This document shows, piece after piece, positions 15,250 through 22,348 of a DNA stretch of 53,506 nucleotides. A program made the translations under genes and the position numbers. This stretch comes from a virus (taxonomy: Duplodnaviria > Caudoviricetes), in the IMG/VR virus record IMGVR_UViG_3300027749_000141, positions 1 to 53,506 of that record. One strand, given 5' to 3'. The notes beneath the pieces are model-generated. The model was given only the letters and a program-made list of their open reading frames with translations. It was not told where the DNA came from and did no database searches. Position 1 is the first letter of the stretch; every line of letters starts with the position of its first letter.

Positions 15250-16265
15250 CATATATTATAGTTGATACAGCAAATACTTTTTTTAGAGCAAGACATGCTG
15301 TGCAAGGAAACGCCGACATTAAATTAGGCATGGCATTACATATAACATTTAATAGTATTAAGAAAGCATGGCAAGATTTTGGAGGGCAACATGTTGTGTT
15401 TTGTCTCGAGGGTAGAAGCTGGCGTAAAGATTACTACGAGCCTTATAAACGCAACCGAGCAGTAACCCGTGCTGCAATGACTGTCAAAGAACAAGAAGAA
15501 GACAAATTGTTTTGGGAAGCCTTTGACGAATTTAAAAACTTTGTAACTGATAAATCAAATTGTACAGTAATGCAGCATCCGCAACTAGAAGCTGACGATT
15601 TGATAGCAGGTTGGATTCAAGCTCATCCAAATAGTAAGCATGTAATTATTAGCACCGATAGTGATTTCCAACAACTAATTAGTCCAACAGTGAGTCAATA
15701 TAACGGAGTTGCAGATGTTCTTATAACACATGAAGGTTATTATGATGCAAAAGGAAAACCTGTCAAGGACAAGAAAACTGGTGAGATTAAAATGCCGTTA
15801 GATCCCGAGTGGATGTTGTTTGAAAAATGTATGCGCGGCGACACAAGCGACAATGTATTTTCAGCATTTCCCGGTGTTCGAACTAAAGGGACTAAAAATA
15901 AAACAGGATTAACAGAGGCGTTTGCAGATCGCAACTCAAAAGGATATGCATGGAATAACTTAATGTTACAGCGTTGGACTGACCATAACGGACAAGAACA
16001 TCGCGTGTTAGACGATTACGATCGTAATCGTAAACTAATCGATTTAACTGCGCAGCCGGAACATATTAGATCTGTGATTAATGAAACTATTAGTACCAAT
16101 GCAGTACCAAAAGAAATAACACAAGTTGGGATTAGAATGTTAAAATTCTGTCAATCATACGAAATGAAACGAATGATTGACAATATTCAACAATTTGCTG
16201 AACCCTTCCAAGCAAAATATCAGGATTCAGCAGTAACATTGCGTAAATTAACACAGGATATTTAA
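15246..16265 (+). CDS. rnh: 5'-3' exonuclease/flap endonuclease (T4 RNase H-like)
   Basis: YIIVD, SWRK..Y.PYK.NR, LEADD, ISTDSD, GDTSDNV acidic motifs of the FEN family. Confidence 0.9.
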   Translation: MTYIIVDTANTFFRARHAVQGNADIKLGMALHITFNSIKKAWQDFGGQHVVFCLEGRSWRKDYYEPYKRNRAVTRAAMTVKEQEEDKLFWEAFDEFKNFVTDKSNCTVMQHPQLEADDLIAGWIQAHPNSKHVIISTDSDFQQLISPTVSQYNGVADVLITHEGYYDAKGKPVKDKKTGEIKMPLDPEWMLFEKCMRGDTSDNVFSAFPGVRTKGTKNKTGLTEAFADRNSKGYAWNNLMLQRWTDHNGQEHRVLDDYDRNRKLIDLTAQPEHIRSVINETISTNAVPKEITQVGIRMLKFCQSYEMKRMIDNIQQFAEPFQAKYQDSAVTLRKLTQDI

Positions 16266-16744
16266 TGTCAGAGATACATGCCAAACCTATTGTAGACGGC
16301 GAATTTTGGATAGTCGAAGAAGACGGAGCTAAAATTGCAACTCTACATAAAAAAGAAAATAACAGGTTTTTATTAAGTAGCAAAGCCGGCGAAGTAATGT
16401 TTAATAAAAAAGAGGATCTTACTAATCAGTTTGGAAAAAGTTTCTTTTTACCTGATCATAAGGTTAAAGTAACAGTTGCCGAACCAAACAAGTGTTACGG
16501 ATATCCTACAAGTTGCAAGCCATTTAATGCAATGTATGATGTCCAACGAAAGTTACCATTGTTTACAAAAAGTGACCAAAGCAAAAGTTTATATTGTGCA
16601 GGTTACTATATTATTAAATTTGACAAAGGATGGGTTAAGAGTTTTTGTCCAAAAGCAATTACAATTGAACGGTATGCTAGCAAAGGCCCGTTTAAAACAG
16701 AATTAGAAATGAAAACGGTGTTATCAAATGCAAAATTCGATTAA
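16265..16744 (+). CDS. Hypothetical phage protein
   Basis: 159 aa, TAATG overlap with upstream stop. Confidence 0.65.
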   Translation: MSEIHAKPIVDGEFWIVEEDGAKIATLHKKENNRFLLSSKAGEVMFNKKEDLTNQFGKSFFLPDHKVKVTVAEPNKCYGYPTSCKPFNAMYDVQRKLPLFTKSDQSKSLYCAGYYIIKFDKGWVKSFCPKAITIERYASKGPFKTELEMKTVLSNAKFD

Positions 16745-16976
16745 TACAACTCCAATCTCGCAATATGTTCAATTACTGCGTGCTGCTGAACAGAGTCGGC
16801 AAACCGAAGTTAAGATTCCGATCCAACAAGCTAGGCTATTGAATCTAGCACTTGCAGAAATAATGGATAAAATGAATCAAGACTACGAAACTATGTTTAA
16901 CCAGTTAAAACAAAGTGTCGAAACAGATGTAGTTAACATCCAGTTAGATGGCGGCAACTTGTCAGAAGAAAATTAA
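16728..16976 (+). CDS. Hypothetical protein
   Basis: 82 aa helical ORF in operon orientation. Confidence 0.55.
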   Translation: MQNSINTTPISQYVQLLRAAEQSRQTEVKIPIQQARLLNLALAEIMDKMNQDYETMFNQLKQSVETDVVNIQLDGGNLSEEN

Positions 16977-16984
16977 GATAAATA
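16977..16984 (+). promoter_or_regulatory. Putative late promoter motif GATAAATA
   Basis: TAAATA core in a short intergenic gap upstream of a GGAGGA SD; resembles the T4 late promoter TATAAATA. Confidence 0.45.
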
Positions 16985-17006
16985 CGTGGATAATGGAGGA
17001 TTGCAA

Positions 17007-17291
17007 TTGTCGCGACCAAAACCACGTATACTTTTAGAATACACTGATACTAAAACTTATAAGACTGATCAGATTTTAGAAGCTGACGCAATATGGGCAG
17101 TTTTTTATAAAGATGAACCGTTTAATTTAAAAAGTGCAAGCAGCATTTCGAATTATCCAGGTCCGAAATATAAAAAAGTCAGTTTCTCGAATCCCGGTCA
17201 TGCACATAATCTAGCTAATAAATTAAATCGTCAATTTAACAGCAACGATTTTACAGTTATTAAACTCACCGAAGGTATTATAGTTAAATGA
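17007..17291 (+). CDS. Hypothetical phage protein
   Basis: TTG start at 17007 lies 6 nt after GGAGGA, giving MSRPKP...; KYKKVSFSNPGHAHNLA motif. Confidence 0.65.
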   Translation: MSRPKPRILLEYTDTKTYKTDQILEADAIWAVFYKDEPFNLKSASSISNYPGPKYKKVSFSNPGHAHNLANKLNRQFNSNDFTVIKLTEGIIVK

Positions 17292-17680
17292 TCCCAAGAG
17301 ATGCCCTAACTAAAATTTTTTTAAATCAATGGGGCAAAAGCACAGACGATGCCAACGTAAAATTGTATTCGCGCAAATGGTGGCAATCAAATCGAGTAGG
17401 CAAGCAATTTGCATATCGATTGAGTCTAGATGGTTTGGATTTTTTAACTAAAGAGCTCGATTTAAGAGGATACGAAATTCCTTTTACCGAATCAATTGAC
17501 GCAAGCCCGCAAACTATAGTATTCTTAGAACGCTACATAGATTGCCCTTACTACTTAACTAATAAAAGTATTACAGTGTTTTCAGAACGTAAAAGTTTTG
17601 AACTTTATTTGTTTTCAGATGACATTAGAAAGTACGGAATAATTAAGGCACTGAATGCACGCGAAAATGAAAATAATTAG
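17288..17680 (+). CDS. Hypothetical phage protein
   Basis: 130 aa, ATGA overlap with the upstream gene. Confidence 0.65.
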   Translation: MIPRDALTKIFLNQWGKSTDDANVKLYSRKWWQSNRVGKQFAYRLSLDGLDFLTKELDLRGYEIPFTESIDASPQTIVFLERYIDCPYYLTNKSITVFSERKSFELYLFSDDIRKYGIIKALNARENENN

Positions 17681-17709
17681 TTGACAACTGCGTAATTTGA
17701 AACTATAAT
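17681..17709 (+). promoter_or_regulatory. Consensus sigma70 promoter for the MoxR ATPase
   Basis: TTGACA (17681-17686), 17 bp, TATAAT (17704-17709). Confidence 0.85.
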
Positions 17710-17793
17710 ATATACATACTTTTTAAGTATGCCTGCTTTACTTAATTACAAAACTTTTAATCTTCCTTACAACACACTACAAAGGTAATACAA

Positions 17794-18882
17794 ATGAGTG
17801 AAATTTCAAATCGTACTATTGGCCCAAGCAGCACTAAAAAAGCGTTACGTAAAGCGTTTTCTAGCAAACGTCCTGTATTTATTTGGGGTCCTCCAGGTAT
17901 TGGTAAATCAGACATTATTAAACAATTAGGCAAAGAAATGCCTAACACATTAGTTAAAGATGTGCGTTTAAGTTTGTGGGAGCCAACTGATATTAAAGGT
18001 ATTCCATTTTTTGATTCAAACAGCGGCACTATGCGTTGGGCTCCTCCTGCAGAATTACCAGATGACGAATTAGCAAGTCAATATGACAGTATCATTTTGT
18101 TTTTAGACGAGATGAACTCTGCGGCGCCAAGTGTACAAGCGGCATCATATCAATTAATTTTAGATCGTCGTGTTGGCACTTACCAATTGCCAGATAATGT
18201 GTTAGTCGTTGCCGCAGGTAACAGAGAAGCAGACAAAGGTGTTACTTATCGTATGCCAACTGCGTTATCAAATCGTTTTGTGCATTTGGAAATGGCAGTT
18301 GATTGGAATGACTACTTTGACTGGGCAACCGAAAACAAAGTTCACAAAGATGTTGTCGGTTTCTTAACTGGAAACAAACGTGATTTACACGACTTTAACC
18401 CAAAAACAAGTGGCCGTTCGTTTGCAACGCCTCGTTCATGGTCATTTGTTAGTGAGTTATTAGCAGATGACGACTGTGACGAGGAAACATTGCTTAACTT
18501 AATGTCAGGTGCAGTTGGCGAAGGATTAGCTATTAAATTTAACGCACACCGCAAGATTTCAAGCAAATTGCCAGACCCAACTGATATTTTGTCAGGACGT
18601 GTAAAGAAAATGGAGTCTAAAGAAATTTCTGCAATGTACTCTTTAACTATTAGCTTATGTTACGAGCTAAAAGATGCATGCGATAAAAAAGCCAAAGACT
18701 TTAATGCACAAGTTAACAACTTTTTTGACTTTATGATGACAAACTTTGAAACTGAGTTAGTTATTATGGGTTCAAAAATTGCGTTATCGTCGTACAAACT
18801 GCCATTAGATGTTGACGAGATTGCATGCTTTGAAGAATTTCACACTAAATATGGCAAATATATTTCGGCTGCAACTGGCTAA
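17794..18882 (+). CDS. MoxR-like AAA+ ATPase
   Basis: Walker A GPPGIGKS, Walker B ILFLDEMN, AAGNR, ALSNRF, TPRSW. Confidence 0.92.
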   Translation: MSEISNRTIGPSSTKKALRKAFSSKRPVFIWGPPGIGKSDIIKQLGKEMPNTLVKDVRLSLWEPTDIKGIPFFDSNSGTMRWAPPAELPDDELASQYDSIILFLDEMNSAAPSVQAASYQLILDRRVGTYQLPDNVLVVAAGNREADKGVTYRMPTALSNRFVHLEMAVDWNDYFDWATENKVHKDVVGFLTGNKRDLHDFNPKTSGRSFATPRSWSFVSELLADDDCDEETLLNLMSGAVGEGLAIKFNAHRKISSKLPDPTDILSGRVKKMESKEISAMYSLTISLCYELKDACDKKAKDFNAQVNNFFDFMMTNFETELVIMGSKIALSSYKLPLDVDEIACFEEFHTKYGKYISAATG

Positions 18883-18895
18883 AATGTAAAATAGA

Positions 18896-18924
18896 TTGAC
18901 ACCGCCTACGGGCGGTGTTATACT
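18896..18924 (+). promoter_or_regulatory. Sigma70-type promoter whose spacer is a GC-rich hairpin
   Basis: TTGACA (18896-18901), 17 bp, TATACT (18919-18924); ACACCGCC-TACG-GGCGGTGT at 18899-18918. Confidence 0.7.
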
Positions 18925-18957
18925 TTATACATATTAACAACATTAGGAAATAAAATC

Positions 18958-20142
18958 ATGTCAAGTTTAGACCCAATCGTAGATAAAATTATTGTTGCTC
19001 GCGTAGGCCTGTTGTTGCGTCATCCATTTTTTGGTAATATGGCAACACGTCTTAAAATTCAAGAAGGATCAGAATGGTGCAAAACTGCAGCCACTGACGG
19101 TCGTTCTGTATTTTTTAATCGCGAGTTTTTTCAAAAATTAACAATTAAAGAAATTGAGTTTGTACTTGCTCACGAGATTCTGCACAACGTATTTGATCAT
19201 ATGGGTCGAAGAGAAGGCCGCCATCCAAAAATTTTTAATATTGCCGCTGACTTCTGTGTAAATGGGCAATTAATACGTGATAAAATCGGTGACGCAGTAA
19301 CAAGTATCCAAATTTATCACAATCCGGATTATTACGGTATGGGTGCTGAAGAAATCTATGATAAGATTTTTGATGAGATGGATGAACAAGAGTTAGATGC
19401 ACTTGGCCAAATGCTTGACGACCATATTGATTGGGAAAAAGAGGACGACAAAGACGGTAAGCCGTGTTACTCAAAAGAAGAATTGCGTGCAATACGAGAC
19501 GAAATACGTGAAGCAACTATGCAGGCAGCACAGGCAGCTGGCTCAGGTAAAACGCCAGCAAGCATTGCACGTTTAATCGGCGATCTTACACAGCCAAAAA
19601 TGAATTGGCGTGAAATCCTACAACAACAAATTCAAAGTGTAATTAAAAATGACTATTCATTTTTACGTCCAAATCGAAAAGGCTGGCACATGAATGCAAT
19701 ATTGCCTGGCTTAAAATTTGACAACACAATTGACATTTGTGTTGCAATTGACATGTCTGGCTCAATCAGTGATGCGCAAGGTAAGGACTTCTTATCTGAA
19801 ATTAAAGGCATTATGCAAGAGTATCAAGATTTTAGAATAAAATTATGGTGTTTTGATACTAAAGTGTACAACGAACAAGACTATGACAGTTACACAATGG
19901 ATGAGTTCGACGAGTACGAACTAATGGGCGGTGGCGGCACTGACTTTGATGCTAATTGGGAATATATGAAAGAGCACGACATTAATCCTAAAAAGTTTAT
20001 CATGTTTACAGACGGCATGCCATGGGATTCATGGGGCGACGAACAATACTGCGATACTATATTCATTATTCATGGCTCTGAAACAATTGTTCCGCCATGG
20101 GGCGAATATGCGTATTATGAAGCAGTCAAGGAAACAGCATAA
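18958..20142 (+). CDS. Metallopeptidase-like plus vWA domain protein (DUF2201-type), MoxR partner
   Basis: TAATDG, HEILH (HExxH), MIDAS IDMSGS, GGGTDF, FTDG. Confidence 0.88.
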   Translation: MSSLDPIVDKIIVARVGLLLRHPFFGNMATRLKIQEGSEWCKTAATDGRSVFFNREFFQKLTIKEIEFVLAHEILHNVFDHMGRREGRHPKIFNIAADFCVNGQLIRDKIGDAVTSIQIYHNPDYYGMGAEEIYDKIFDEMDEQELDALGQMLDDHIDWEKEDDKDGKPCYSKEELRAIRDEIREATMQAAQAAGSGKTPASIARLIGDLTQPKMNWREILQQQIQSVIKNDYSFLRPNRKGWHMNAILPGLKFDNTIDICVAIDMSGSISDAQGKDFLSEIKGIMQEYQDFRIKLWCFDTKVYNEQDYDSYTMDEFDEYELMGGGGTDFDANWEYMKEHDINPKKFIMFTDGMPWDSWGDEQYCDTIFIIHGSETIVPPWGEYAYYEAVKETA

Positions 20143-20430
20143 ATGGCGTTAAAAAATGGCAAACCCAATCCTTTAAACTTTTTTAAATTAAGAAGGGTTG
20201 AGTTTGCTTGTCCTCATTTTAAATACATGACCATTGATCGATATCATCCTGCACAAGTCAGAAATATCGATCAATGGATTAAATCAAATTTAAATAATAG
20301 ATATTATTTAGGCAAACACGTTGTATTAGATTCACAAAATACAATCGTATATCATCTTAGAATTGGGTTTGAATCAGAAAAAGAGATTAGCTTTTTCACA
20401 ATTGCATGCCCGCATATACATACAAGATAA
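20143..20430 (+). CDS. Hypothetical phage protein
   Basis: 95 aa ORF directly abutting the upstream stop. Confidence 0.6.
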   Translation: MALKNGKPNPLNFFKLRRVEFACPHFKYMTIDRYHPAQVRNIDQWIKSNLNNRYYLGKHVVLDSQNTIVYHLRIGFESEKEISFFTIACPHIHTR

Positions 20431-20458
20431 TTATTGTAAACACACAAGGAGAAACAAT

Positions 20459-20689
20459 ATGACTGAAAATACACAAGAAGCAGTACAAGAAACCGCAGTA
20501 GAAGAACAATCAGGTGCAGATCTTACTATTAATGATTTAAACGCATTAAAAACTATTATCGATATTGCAAGTTCACGCGGGGCATTTAAACCAAATGAAA
20601 TGGTTGCAGTTGGTCAAACGTACACTAAATTATCATCTTTCTTAGAGCAAGTTGCTAAACAAGCAGAAGCAGCCGGAGCAGCAAAGTAA
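20459..20689 (+). CDS. Small hypothetical protein
   Basis: ATG 20459 with AAGGAG SD and upstream GATAATTA; LTINDL...IIDIASSRGAFKPNEM motif. Confidence 0.7.
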   Translation: MTENTQEAVQETAVEEQSGADLTINDLNALKTIIDIASSRGAFKPNEMVAVGQTYTKLSSFLEQVAKQAEAAGAAK

Positions 20690-21330
20690 TGGCAGCACTA
20701 AAACATGTCGGTCGTGTTAAAGCAACAGGCAAAAAATGTATTGTTGCGTATAGAACATTGCCAGGTGATGCGTACAACTGTTTAATTGTACCAACAGAAA
20801 ACTTACCTGACAGCTATCATGATGCAATTATTAACTTAGTAGAAAGTAATGCCGGCCAATCTGCATACGAGTTTGCAGAAACAATGGCTCGAACTAACTT
20901 TCCAGATGGTAGTATAATGCTTGCTGCACTACACACCCAAAATAGAATGGTCAAAGTATCAACCGATCAAATTGAAATGTTACCAACTAATTCATACGCT
21001 ATTTTGCTGTCTGAATTGAACCAGGTAATTGCCGAACAACGTGGGGTAGCAGTCGATAACTTAGCGTTAAGATCAGCTGATGTCGAAAAAGCCGAAGTGT
21101 TAGATGTAGCTAAAGTTAGCAAAGTTCCGCCTTCGACTGAAGATTTTTCTAAAACAACCTCTGCAAGTATTAATGAAGCCGAAGTTGTAATTACCGAATA
21201 TACAGATCCAGTTGATGCTGCAAAGCATTATCGATCGCAAGCAGATAAACTTGCAAAACAAGCAGCAAATTTTCGAAGACTTGCTGAAGAGTTAGTCCCT
21301 GCACCAAAGAAGAAAGTAAAGAGTGATTAA
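20689..21330 (+). CDS. Hypothetical phage protein
   Basis: 213 aa, TAATG overlap; LKHVGR N-terminus. Confidence 0.7.
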   Translation: MAALKHVGRVKATGKKCIVAYRTLPGDAYNCLIVPTENLPDSYHDAIINLVESNAGQSAYEFAETMARTNFPDGSIMLAALHTQNRMVKVSTDQIEMLPTNSYAILLSELNQVIAEQRGVAVDNLALRSADVEKAEVLDVAKVSKVPPSTEDFSKTTSASINEAEVVITEYTDPVDAAKHYRSQADKLAKQAANFRRLAEELVPAPKKKVKSD

Positions 21331-21643
21331 TCAAGGAAAGATTTTACCACAGGAAGTGGTAGACCTTTGGCCTGAAGTATTTGAGGGGATTAAGATTAAA
21401 TCTTTACCCCTCAAATATTTAGAATCAGTTTCGATAAATTTTAAAGATGGAAAAAGTTGGGAAGTTAAACTAACAGCTAAAGCAAAAAAAGACGGATGGG
21501 ATGTTTTTTGTAATAGTTTATCCGAATTGCTTTTATCCTACGAAGATCGAATTGATGATATTGACTTCAAGCTAAACACAGTTAGAGTTAAAAAAGACAT
21601 CGAACGATCTACTTCTAAATTCCTAAAAAAACAAAAACTATGA
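21323..21643 (+). CDS. Hypothetical phage protein
   Basis: 106 aa ORF overlapping both neighbours. Confidence 0.6.
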   Translation: MINQGKILPQEVVDLWPEVFEGIKIKSLPLKYLESVSINFKDGKSWEVKLTAKAKKDGWDVFCNSLSELLLSYEDRIDDIDFKLNTVRVKKDIERSTSKFLKKQKL

Positions 21644-22341
21644 CAGTAAAAATAGTATCATACTCGCAACCAACAGAAGAATTTGCAAACCAAGGTATTG
21701 CAGATGCACAGGATTTAATTGCATTTTGTGCAAGAGTTTCTAATCCATCAAATCAATTTAACACCGAAACTTCAGATAAATTGATTCGATATTTAATTAA
21801 CCATAAACATTGGTCACCACTTGAAATGGTAAACATTTGTTTAGAAGTTGAAACTACCCGTGATATCGGTAGACAAATTTTAAGACATGTTAGTTTTCGT
21901 TACCAAGAATTTAGTCAACGATATGCAGATCCAACAAAGGATCTTAATTTTGTAATTAGAGAAGCACGATTACAAGATACTAAAAATAGACAAAACTCAG
22001 TCGAGCTTGATATGACCAATGCAGATCATAGAGAAATCTCAAAGATCTGGATTGAAAAACAACATACTGTAATTAAGGCTGCAAAGGATGCGTATGCATG
22101 GGCAATTGCAAATAACATTGCAAAAGAACAGGCTAGAGTAGTGTTGCCCGAAGGCAACACTGAAAGTAGAATGTATATTAGTGGATCGTTGCGTTCATGG
22201 ATACACTTTATTCAAGTACGCACAGACGCATCAACTCAGAAAGAACATAGATTAATAGCGTTAGAATGCGCTAAAGTTATTTCTAAAATATTTCCAATGG
22301 CTGAAGAGTTTGTACACAAAGAATCAGAAACAACTAGTTGA
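21640..22341 (+). CDS. thyX: FAD-dependent thymidylate synthase
   Basis: ARVS, HWSPLE, RQILRHVSFRYQEFSQRY (RHx7-8SxR signature), KEQARVVLP, TQKEHR. Confidence 0.95.
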   Translation: MTVKIVSYSQPTEEFANQGIADAQDLIAFCARVSNPSNQFNTETSDKLIRYLINHKHWSPLEMVNICLEVETTRDIGRQILRHVSFRYQEFSQRYADPTKDLNFVIREARLQDTKNRQNSVELDMTNADHREISKIWIEKQHTVIKAAKDAYAWAIANNIAKEQARVVLPEGNTESRMYISGSLRSWIHFIQVRTDASTQKEHRLIALECAKVISKIFPMAEEFVHKESETTS

Positions 22342-22348
22342 AAAATTA

